Below are positions 57,081 through 64,000 of a stretch of DNA of 64,000 nucleotides, in pieces. Within the stretch, counting starts at the first letter, position 1; every line of letters begins with the position of its first letter. Under the pieces are notes generated by a model. The model saw nothing but the letters and a program-made list of their open reading frames with translations. It was not told the DNA's origin and did not search any database. The stretch is from Christensenellaceae bacterium (GTDB lineage Bacteria; Bacillota; Clostridia; Christensenellales; Borkfalkiaceae), in contig JAZUAT010000007.1 of the NCBI GenBank assembly GCA_045638105.1, positions 5,328 to 69,327 of the forward strand, in the 5' to 3' direction. A program made the position numbers and the translations under genes.

Positions 57081-58016
57081 ATGGGAATACCTACGGTTAT
57101 AATTAGGGGCATACTTGAAAGCGGAAAAACAACTTTTATTGAAGAATCTTTATTAAACGGCGACTTTGGCGACCTTGGTAGAACGCTTATTTTAATGCAA
57201 GAAGAAGGGGAAGTTGAGTTTAACGAAAGTGCTTTAAAAAAGTGTAAGGCAAGCGTTAAGGTAATGTCTAAAATAAGTGATTGGAACGACAAAAATATAA
57301 ATGAAATTATACGCGAGTACCGCCCGCAAGCAGTTTTTATAGAAGTGAACGAAATGTGGGACTTTAACTCAATGCCACTTCCTAAATATTTTGACGTTCA
57401 ACAAGTAATGACCATTATTGACGGCTCAACTTTTAATGCGTATTTTAACAACATGCGCCAAAAGTTTGTTGATATGATTAAAACTACGGAAATCGCTATT
57501 GTTAACAGATGTAAACCAACGGAAGAAACTTCTAACATGAAGCGCAGTTTAAAAATTATAAATTCTGCGATGACCGTTATTGCTCTTTCGGAAGACGGAA
57601 GGGAACTTAAACTTGAAACCGACCTTCCTTTTAGCCTTAAAAACGACCCTATAACTTTAAAATTAAGTGATTTTGGCGCGTTTTATATTGATTCTTTTGA
57701 AAATAAAGATAGGTATGACGGCAAAATGATTGAGTTTGATTGCATGGCGGTGTTTGATAGAACGTTGCCACCAAAAAGTTTTGTTGCAGGCAGGCTTGCT
57801 ATGACTTGTTGTGTTGACGATATTCAACTTATAGGCCACCTTTGCGCGTACGAAGGCGATTTAAAGTTAAAAAACAAAAGTTGGATTAGATTAAAAGCAA
57901 TTGCGCACTATATGAGTTTTAAAGGTCAAAACGAGCAACAACTTGTTTTTGAAGCGGTAGAAATTAATGAAATTCCTACCCCTAATGAAGACGAAGTTTT
58001 AGTAACGTTAAATTAA
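57081..58016 (+). CDS. Degenerate CobW-like paralog (P-loop retained, CxCC motif absent)
   Basis: 'RGILESGKTTFIEE' is P-loop-like. There is no GCxCC motif. A CobW_C-like beta-rich C-terminus. Its start lies 10 nt after the preceding gene. Confidence 0.45.
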   Translation: MGIPTVIIRGILESGKTTFIEESLLNGDFGDLGRTLILMQEEGEVEFNESALKKCKASVKVMSKISDWNDKNINEIIREYRPQAVFIEVNEMWDFNSMPLPKYFDVQQVMTIIDGSTFNAYFNNMRQKFVDMIKTTEIAIVNRCKPTEETSNMKRSLKIINSAMTVIALSEDGRELKLETDLPFSLKNDPITLKLSDFGAFYIDSFENKDRYDGKMIEFDCMAVFDRTLPPKSFVAGRLAMTCCVDDIQLIGHLCAYEGDLKLKNKSWIRLKAIAHYMSFKGQNEQQLVFEAVEINEIPTPNEDEVLVTLN

Positions 58017-58056
58017 AAGCTTTCAACAATTTTGTGTCATTGCCAATTAAAAAATA

Positions 58057-58085
58057 AAAAGCCGTTAATTTTGAACGGCTTTAAA
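58057..58085 (+). terminator. Terminator before the tRNA
   Basis: aaagccgtt-aattttga-acggcttt. Confidence 0.55.
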
Positions 58086-58088
58086 TAT

Positions 58089-58164
58089 TGGGGCGTCGCC
58101 AAGCGGTAAGGCTACGGACTCTGACTCCGTCACTTCGTTGGTTCAAATCCTACCACCCCAGCCA
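58089..58164 (+). tRNA. tRNA-Gln (anticodon CUG)
   Basis: Cloverleaf with D-arm 'GCCAAGCGGTAAGGC', anticodon loop 'CTCTGAC' (anticodon CUG), and T-arm 'GGTTCAAATCC'. The 3' end 'ACCCCAGCCA' closely resembles bacterial tRNA-Gln. Confidence 0.8.
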
Positions 58165-58165
58165 C

Positions 58166-58209
58166 TAGACTATCAATTGAACCATATAGGTTAATTGATA
58201 GTCTTTTTC
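58166..58209 (+). terminator. Terminator hairpin after tRNA-Gln
   Basis: tagactatcaatt…aattgatagtct followed by ttttt. Confidence 0.6.
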
Positions 58210-58240
58210 TATTGTATTAAATCAAAAAAAGTGATATAAT

Positions 58241-58447
58241 ATGACAGAAGATGTCATTATGCTTGTTTATAATAAAAGCAAAAAAGGGTTGGGAAAAGCA
58301 AAAACTGAAATTATAAAGCAAATGATTTGCAATGATATGAGCTTATCTAACCAACAAAAAGAGAATTTTCTAAACGTGATTGATTCTTATTCAAAAGTAA
58401 GCGATATTAAGGATATTTTAACTTTCTTAAATAACTTAAAAAAATAG
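58241..58447 (+). CDS. Small hypothetical protein (68 aa) at the start of the island
   Basis: ORF only; no motif. Confidence 0.25.
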   Translation: MTEDVIMLVYNKSKKGLGKAKTEIIKQMICNDMSLSNQQKENFLNVIDSYSKVSDIKDILTFLNNLKK

Positions 58448-58513
58448 AAAAAGCAAATTTTTATAGAAAAAACTAAACAATTACGATAGTAGAGAAAAAA
58501 AGGAGAAAAGAAA

Positions 58514-60559
58514 ATGGCTAAAAATAAACAATCGGTAGAACCAAATATAGCAGATTTAGTAAATGGTTGGTTAAAATCATATAATTTAGATTACAAATTA
58601 GAGCAAGAATCTTTGAATACGGAAATTGACTTGGCGCTTAATGACTACTACTCAAAGAGTGGCGGAAAAGGTGGTAATAGACCAGACGCTAAACTTTTAT
58701 TGCGCTCTAAAGACGGTAAAGATTATCCTATCTTAATTGAATATAAGGGTTATAAAGACAAGCTAATTAAGTTAGATAGTGAAGGCAATATTGCAAATAG
58801 ATTAGCAAATGGGCAACCTGATTATAACAATATTAAATCGTTTGCAGTAAATGGTGCAGTTCACTATGCAAATGCTATTCTCCATTACACAAGTTATACA
58901 GACGTTATTGCTATAGGCGTTACAGGCTATAAAGATGATAACGGCATGTTAGTACATTCTATCGGTGTATATTTTGTTGCAAAAAGCAATTTTGGTATGG
59001 GACAAGAAGTTGCAGAATATACCGACCTTTCTTGCTTAAAAAAGGAACATTTTAGCGATTTTATAGAAAAAGTTAAATACTTATCTCTTACTAAAGAAGA
59101 AATAGAAAAATTAAAAGAACGTAGAGAAGAAGAAATAACGGCAAGCCTTGTAAAATTAAATAACGATATTTTCAAAGAAGAAAAAGGGCTCAGTGAAAAT
59201 GACCGTGTATATCTCGTTGCCGCATCTATTATGGCAACACTTGGTGATGCAGATAACAAGGTTTATCCTTTAACTAAGGCAGATTTGAAATCATCTGATG
59301 AAGTCGGCAATACTGACGGCGATATTATGATAAGAAAAATTGAAGCCTTTCTTGGTGCTAAAAAATTACCGAAAGACAAAAAAGATTTGATTGTTAGAAC
59401 TCTTAAAAACACTTTGACTACAGATAATATCAATAAACCTATTAGTGGTGAAAGCCAATTAAAAAGAGTGTTTATAAAAATTATTGATGACTTGGGAATT
59501 TACTACAAAATTGGCTTAACTACTGATTTTACAGGTAAATTATTTAACGAAATGTATTCGTGGCTTGGTTTTAGTCAAGACCAACTTAATGACGTTGTTT
59601 TAACCCCATCTTACGTTTCAACACTTCTTTGCCGTCTTGCTAGAGTGAATATGGACTCTTTCGTTTGGGACTTTGCGACTGGTTCAGCAGGTCTTTTGGT
59701 TGCTGCAATGAACGAAATGTTGATAGATGCAAAAGAAAAAATTCAATCGCCTGAAGAATTTGCAGTAAAATCAGCGCACATAAAAGCAAATCAATTATTA
59801 GGTTTAGAAATTCTTTCAAACGTGTATATGCTTGCCGTATTAAATATGATTTTAATGGGCGATGGAAGTTCTAATATCTTAAATAAAGACTCTTTAACAT
59901 TTAATGGACATTACGGATTTGGCAAAACAAATGAAAAATTCCCTGCAACAGCGTTTGTTTTGAATCCACCTTATTCTGCACCAGGTAATGGTATGGTATT
60001 TGTGGAAAAAGCGCTTTCAATGATGAATAAAGGTTTTGCGGCAATAATTATTCAAAATTCGGCAGGCTCTGGCAAGGCTACGGAGTTCAATAGACGCATA
60101 TTAAAGCGCAATACACTTCTTGCGAGTATAAAAATGCCCATTGATTTATTTGTTGGAAAATCAAGCGTACAAACTTATGTTTACGTTTTTCGTGTTGGCG
60201 AAGCTCATCAAAAAGACGATATCGTAAAGTTTATTGATTTTTCTAATGATGGTTATACAAGAACAAACCGAAAAAAAGCAAGCAAGAATTTGTTTGATAG
60301 AGATAGAGCAAAAGACCGCTATCAAGAACTTGTAGATTTAGTTCGTTATGGTAAAGGGAAACTTAACATCTTTACCGAAAAAGAATACTACGAAGGTACG
60401 ATAGACCCTAAAAATGGTGCTGACTGGAATCAAACTGCACCTATTGATACGAAACCGACGCTTGAAGATTTTAAAAAGACTGTAAGCGATTATCTTGCTT
60501 GGGAAGTTTCGACGCTCTTAAAAGGTCAAAACAAGGAGGATGACCGCTTGGGAAAATAG
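58514..60559 (+). CDS. Type IIB (BcgI-like) restriction-modification A subunit: N-terminal PD-(D/E)xK nuclease fused to a gamma-class N6-adenine DNA methyltransferase
   Basis: Nuclease motif 'RPDAKLL…PILIEYKGY' (PD…ExK). MTase motif I 'VWDFATGSAGLLV' and motif IV 'FVLNPPYSAPG'. 681 aa, followed by a 341-aa partner ORF, the size class of BcgI A (637 aa) and B (341 aa). Confidence 0.65.
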   Translation: MAKNKQSVEPNIADLVNGWLKSYNLDYKLEQESLNTEIDLALNDYYSKSGGKGGNRPDAKLLLRSKDGKDYPILIEYKGYKDKLIKLDSEGNIANRLANGQPDYNNIKSFAVNGAVHYANAILHYTSYTDVIAIGVTGYKDDNGMLVHSIGVYFVAKSNFGMGQEVAEYTDLSCLKKEHFSDFIEKVKYLSLTKEEIEKLKERREEEITASLVKLNNDIFKEEKGLSENDRVYLVAASIMATLGDADNKVYPLTKADLKSSDEVGNTDGDIMIRKIEAFLGAKKLPKDKKDLIVRTLKNTLTTDNINKPISGESQLKRVFIKIIDDLGIYYKIGLTTDFTGKLFNEMYSWLGFSQDQLNDVVLTPSYVSTLLCRLARVNMDSFVWDFATGSAGLLVAAMNEMLIDAKEKIQSPEEFAVKSAHIKANQLLGLEILSNVYMLAVLNMILMGDGSSNILNKDSLTFNGHYGFGKTNEKFPATAFVLNPPYSAPGNGMVFVEKALSMMNKGFAAIIIQNSAGSGKATEFNRRILKRNTLLASIKMPIDLFVGKSSVQTYVYVFRVGEAHQKDDIVKFIDFSNDGYTRTNRKKASKNLFDRDRAKDRYQELVDLVRYGKGKLNIFTEKEYYEGTIDPKNGADWNQTAPIDTKPTLEDFKKTVSDYLAWEVSTLLKGQNKEDDRLGK

Positions 60560-60660
60560 ATGCCCTGCTTAACGAGAAGCTTAAAAATGTTGAGTGGGGC
60601 GAATATGAGCTTCAAAAGTTATTTGATATCAAAACTACAAGAAGCATAGACAAAAACAAA

Positions 60661-61686
60661 GTGTTTTTTGCGGAAAACGGCGAGTACGATTTTATTGGAA
60701 GAAGTCGTGAGAATAATGGCGTTCAAGGAAAAATGGAAAAACTTCATTTTGAACCAAATTCTGCAAACACATTTTCATTAGCACAAGTTGGGGAAACCGT
60801 ATGTTTGTTTAGGGATAAAAAATGGTATGCTTCTCAAAATATATTTATTTTATCTCCGATAAGGGAAGAGCTTGCAAAACAGTATAAATTTATTACAGCT
60901 TCAATTAATAAGGCATTGTATCCATATAGAAGTGCGTATATTTATCCAACATTGCCAGAAGTAAAAAATATTACAATTAAACTTCCAATAAAATGTGGAC
61001 AAATTGATTTTGAATTTATGGGGAATTTTGTTGCCGAGCTAGAATCTCGTCGTATCGCTGAGCTGAATAATTACCTATTAGCTACTGGATTAAAAGATTA
61101 CGTTTTAACAGCGGAAGAAGAAAAAGCGTTAAACGATTATCAAGACGGAAAGATAACATTGTCTCAATATTTGTTTAAGGATATTTTTAATAATATTAAG
61201 CAGGGGCGCAGATTAAAGAAAGATGACCAACTAAAAGGAACTATTCCTTTTGTTATGTCGGGTATTACAAATACAGGTGTTGTTGGATATATTTCTAATC
61301 CAATTGCAGTTTTCCCTAAAAACGCTATCACTATAGATATTTTTGGGAATTCGTTTTATAGGAATTATGAATTTGGGGCTGGAGACGATACTGGCGTATA
61401 CTGGAATACAAAGGTTGATTACACGAAAGAAGCAATGTTATTCTTTACGGCTTCTATTGGTAAAGCTTTGTTAGGAAAATTTTCTTATGGCAAAAAATTA
61501 AGAAGCTCGCAAAGCCACAATTTTAAAATGTATGTTATTGATAAAGACGGCAAACCAGACTATAAGTGCATGAAAACTTTTATATCGGCGATACAAAAAC
61601 TCGTCATTAAAGACGTGGCTTTGTATGCCGATTCAAAAATCGAAGCAGGTAAAGAAAAGCGCCACACTTCACACTTTTGCCCTTAA
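60661..61686 (+). CDS. Type IIB RM B (specificity/TRD) subunit candidate. The frame is open upstream to 60544 without a canonical start codon.
   Basis: 341 aa from GTG 60661. The upstream in-frame peptide '…DALLNEKLKNVEWGEYELQKLFDIKTTRSIDKNKV' resembles the start of an HsdS-type TRD. Positioned immediately after the MTase-nuclease gene. Confidence 0.5.
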   Translation: MFFAENGEYDFIGRSRENNGVQGKMEKLHFEPNSANTFSLAQVGETVCLFRDKKWYASQNIFILSPIREELAKQYKFITASINKALYPYRSAYIYPTLPEVKNITIKLPIKCGQIDFEFMGNFVAELESRRIAELNNYLLATGLKDYVLTAEEEKALNDYQDGKITLSQYLFKDIFNNIKQGRRLKKDDQLKGTIPFVMSGITNTGVVGYISNPIAVFPKNAITIDIFGNSFYRNYEFGAGDDTGVYWNTKVDYTKEAMLFFTASIGKALLGKFSYGKKLRSSQSHNFKMYVIDKDGKPDYKCMKTFISAIQKLVIKDVALYADSKIEAGKEKRHTSHFCP

Positions 61687-61753
61687 ATATATGGGAACCC
61701 CATATTTAATAAAATGCAATTAAAAAGAACTTGGTCATCCAAGTTCTTTTTAA

Positions 61754-62812
61754 TTATTTTCGATAGTTTTTTGTGAATTCGAGGGAGTTCTTTGCCTTTT
61801 CTAAAAGATTTTGATAAGTATATATTTTAATGTTGTGGTAAGAAGAGTTCAACACTCGTAAGAATTGAGCCTCTTCTACTGATAAATCACGCTCATTGCC
61901 AATTATAAGCGTTGCTTTTGTTTTTAAGTACGTTGGATTGGTGGCAAAGGCTTTTTCACACTCCAATATGTAATTCATGCATTGAGCAATGGCTTTATTT
62001 AACTCGTGTGAGGGGTAGTGGTTTTTATGAGAGTTATCAAAGTTGAAAATTTTGACCGTTGGCAACTTTAACTCTATTATATCAATATAACCATCAAACG
62101 TTGTTGGCACTAAGTCCAAAATGTTTTGAGGATTAATATAATTGTTTTCCGAGAAGAAAACATATTCATTGTTAAACATCCACAAATTGTCTTTTAAGAA
62201 CTTGTTGATTTCAACCTCGTTTTTATAAGAGTCTTTATTTTGAATAATTTCTTCCAATCTCAAAACGGCTTTCTCTCTTTTTTTAATTTCAAGGATTGTA
62301 TTGTAATTGTCTAGATGTTCTATATTATAAGACAGGATATCTTCAAAGTCCTTTTGTGAGACTTTTATTGTTTTTAAATCGGGAGCGCTGGCGATATATT
62401 TATCAATATCTATTTTATATTTTGAAGTTTTATTAAAATCAACAGTAAAGATAGTGTCTAAAAACTTTTTTAATTTAATCGTGGATTCAATGTCTAAGCA
62501 AATTTCTTGTCCGCCATAAACACCTTTGGCTGTTCTACGACATATATGAAGTCCTTGAGTAAAAGGAAGTCCTTGCTTATATTCTTCTATCCAACAATAA
62601 ACTTTTTGTTGACCACCACCCGTTTTGTGGAGTAAAACACTATCAACAATCTTTGCAGGTATTTCTTCACCTGTTTTATATTTTTCCAACGGGACTTCAT
62701 CCATATTAAAAAGCAATTCTGCATGCCTGTATTTTTTACCATCTTTAACGTTTGCTTTTCCTAGATAAATAACATTTTCTAATTTATTGTCATCATATTC
62801 ACTAAAACCCAT
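61754..62812 (-). CDS. Hypothetical protein with a C-terminal PD-(D/E)xK-like nuclease motif (Shedu/DUF4263-like?), convergent with the RM genes
   Basis: '…FDGYIDIIELKLPTV…' fits the D…(E/D)xK pattern. No other recognisable domain. 352 aa. Confidence 0.35.
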   Translation of the reverse strand: MGFSEYDDNKLENVIYLGKANVKDGKKYRHAELLFNMDEVPLEKYKTGEEIPAKIVDSVLLHKTGGGQQKVYCWIEEYKQGLPFTQGLHICRRTAKGVYGGQEICLDIESTIKLKKFLDTIFTVDFNKTSKYKIDIDKYIASAPDLKTIKVSQKDFEDILSYNIEHLDNYNTILEIKKREKAVLRLEEIIQNKDSYKNEVEINKFLKDNLWMFNNEYVFFSENNYINPQNILDLVPTTFDGYIDIIELKLPTVKIFNFDNSHKNHYPSHELNKAIAQCMNYILECEKAFATNPTYLKTKATLIIGNERDLSVEEAQFLRVLNSSYHNIKIYTYQNLLEKAKNSLEFTKNYRK

Positions 62813-63064
62813 ATTAACTCTCCTTAAGTTACATTATATCAAATAATTAGAAAAGAATAAAGCGTAAATAGGAATTTTACAAACTTAAAATAACGCCGAT
62901 TGACCATTTATAACTAAATAGTTCAATCAAGTTAGCGTTTGTGTAGCCAAAAAGAAAACACTCATCTGTTGATGGGTGTTTTTTTGCATTGAGAAGAATA
63001 TTGGGTGGAATTTGAAGTAGCGTTAAAAAATATGCGTTGAATATTTTAATTTTTTTAAATTGAA

Positions 63065-63099
63065 AAGGGCGGAAAATAATTTCCGCCCTTGTTTTTATT
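63065..63099. terminator. Bidirectional terminator after the GH2 gene
   Basis: aagggcggaaa-ataa-tttccgccctt, flanked by A-runs and T-runs. Confidence 0.7.
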
Positions 63100-64000
63100 C
63101 TTTAACTATTTCATTATACGCTTTTATTATTGCGTTTGAAATTTTAAGCATTTTTTGTTTGTCTACTTTGCATACCTTTCTATCGTAAGTGTATATGCCG
63201 TTAGTTTCGTCTTCAACGTCACTAATTTGCGTGAGAACGAGTGCGCATAATTTTTCATTTTTAATACAAGGTATAACTTGGTTATAGTAAAGGTCTTCTA
63301 AATCTAACATAAAAGTTTCTTTCGTGCATTTTTTATAGCCGTACGTGTTAGATAAATTAAAACTATGCTCGTTAATTTTATATGAATATCCGCCAAACTC
63401 ACTTAAAACAAGCGGTTTAACGCCGTCGTTTTTGATATTTATTTTTTTAAAGTAGACGTGCTCACTTTTAACGTCGCTTTCGCAATTATTAAACCAGCCG
63501 GAAGCCGTGTCGTAAACGCGCGTAGGGTCAAGTTCTTTAAAAATTTTATAGTGTGCCGTGGCGTTTTGTTGCCCCCAGCCTTCGTTAAAAATGGTGTAGT
63601 AAACAACGCATGGGTAACTATATAAATGCTCAACCGTTTTTTGGCTAGCTTCTAAAAACTTTTCTTTTTGCTTTTTAGTGGCTAATGACGGCTTAAACTT
63701 TTTAAAGCCAATAGTAGGTAATGCGGTGTCTATTATAAAGCTATATGCGCCGTTATTAACAAAGTCTTGGAAAACAGCCATACCTAAAACGTCACAATAA
63801 TAGTAAAAAATTTCCGGCTCAATTTTAATATGCTTTCTAATCATATTAAAGCCAAGTTCTTTCATTTTTAAAATATCGTCTTTAAACCCTTGCTCGCAAG
63901 GTGGTAAAAATATTCCGTCAGGAAAGTAGCCTTGGTCTAAAACGCCGTTAAAAAAGTAGTTTTTGCCGTTGAGCGTTAAGCCGTTTTTGTTACAGCCAAT
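63095..64000 (-). CDS. Glycoside hydrolase family 2 protein, C-terminal part. The frame is open to the window end, so the N-terminus lies outside.
   Basis: The minus-strand frame continues upstream of the listed Met as '…GVLDQGYFPDGIFLPPCEQGFKDDILKMKELGFNMIRKHIKIEPEIFYYYCDVLGMAVFQDF', which matches the GH2 TIM-barrel start (…LMKxxGxNxVRxSHYP…). Confidence 0.6.
   Translation of the reverse strand: MGCNKNGLTLNGKNYFFNGVLDQGYFPDGIFLPPCEQGFKDDILKMKELGFNMIRKHIKIEPEIFYYYCDVLGMAVFQDFVNNGAYSFIIDTALPTIGFKKFKPSLATKKQKEKFLEASQKTVEHLYSYPCVVYYTIFNEGWGQQNATAHYKIFKELDPTRVYDTASGWFNNCESDVKSEHVYFKKINIKNDGVKPLVLSEFGGYSYKINEHSFNLSNTYGYKKCTKETFMLDLEDLYYNQVIPCIKNEKLCALVLTQISDVEDETNGIYTYDRKVCKVDKQKMLKISNAIIKAYNEIVKE

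Noticed and set aside
58089-58164. Possibility that the tRNA-like sequence is a tRNA-derived pseudogene or att remnant rather than a functional tRNA
   Set aside because: The cloverleaf elements are intact, with D-loop, anticodon loop (U33, CUG) and T-psi-C loop (GGTTCAAATCC), and an encoded CCA. There are 1-2 apparent stem mismatches in my hand fold, so tRNAscan-SE should confirm.
62813-63064. Hairpin 'acactcatctgttgatgggtgt' with a T-run at ~62965-62995 in the intergenic region, as a possible small-RNA terminator
   Set aside because: The stem is imperfect and there is no upstream promoter or conserved sequence that I can see. It is more likely part of the promoter/UTR region of the 352-aa gene read on the opposite strand.

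Overview
Low-GC (~35%) Firmicutes/Clostridia-like chromosomal window, densely coding on both strands. Main contents, in order: (1) 0.6-12.3 kb: an ABC transporter with polytopic membrane proteins, a Big_2 protein and a 2078-aa surface lipoprotein built from ~87-aa Ig-like modules with near-identical 522-bp tandem duplications and a C-terminal beta-helix-like region. (2) cysK; a split ribosomal cluster (rplI on + strand at 13.5 kb, rpsF-ssb-rpsR on - strand at 20.4-21.4 kb); a 1358-aa membrane-anchored, very acidic repeat protein with reiterated Cys/His motifs; a dGTPase-like HD hydrolase; a GDPD lipoprotein. (3) TIGR03960/TIGR03936 radical-SAM pair. (4) A candidate T-box leader preceding an AMP-forming acyl-CoA ligase, iorA, iorB, a membrane protein, a PaaK-like aryl-acetate-CoA ligase and an ACT protein. 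(5) Zinc-ribbon + SPFH pair. (6) A carbohydrate-type island: AraC, Gfo/Idh/MocA oxidoreductase, NahK-like APH-family kinase, SIS protein, AraC, a short (730 aa) glycyl radical enzyme with its radical-SAM activase, a GH2 hydrolase and an SGNH esterase. (7) FAD oxidoreductase, HNH protein, a ribbon-helix-helix protein with an upstream palindromic operator directly before clpB. (8) nfnAB, degV, an OGG-like glycosylase, and a COG0523 GTPase with an extreme His/Cys-rich insert next to a degenerate paralog. (9) tRNA-Gln(CUG) followed by a small defence-type island: a BcgI-like Type IIB restriction-modification A/B pair plus an uncharacterised PD-(D/E)xK-like protein. (10) The C-terminal part of a second GH2 gene running off the window end. 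No CRISPR array, rRNA or obvious transposase was seen. All calls rest on motifs read directly from the translated ORFs and the DNA; no database searches were run.
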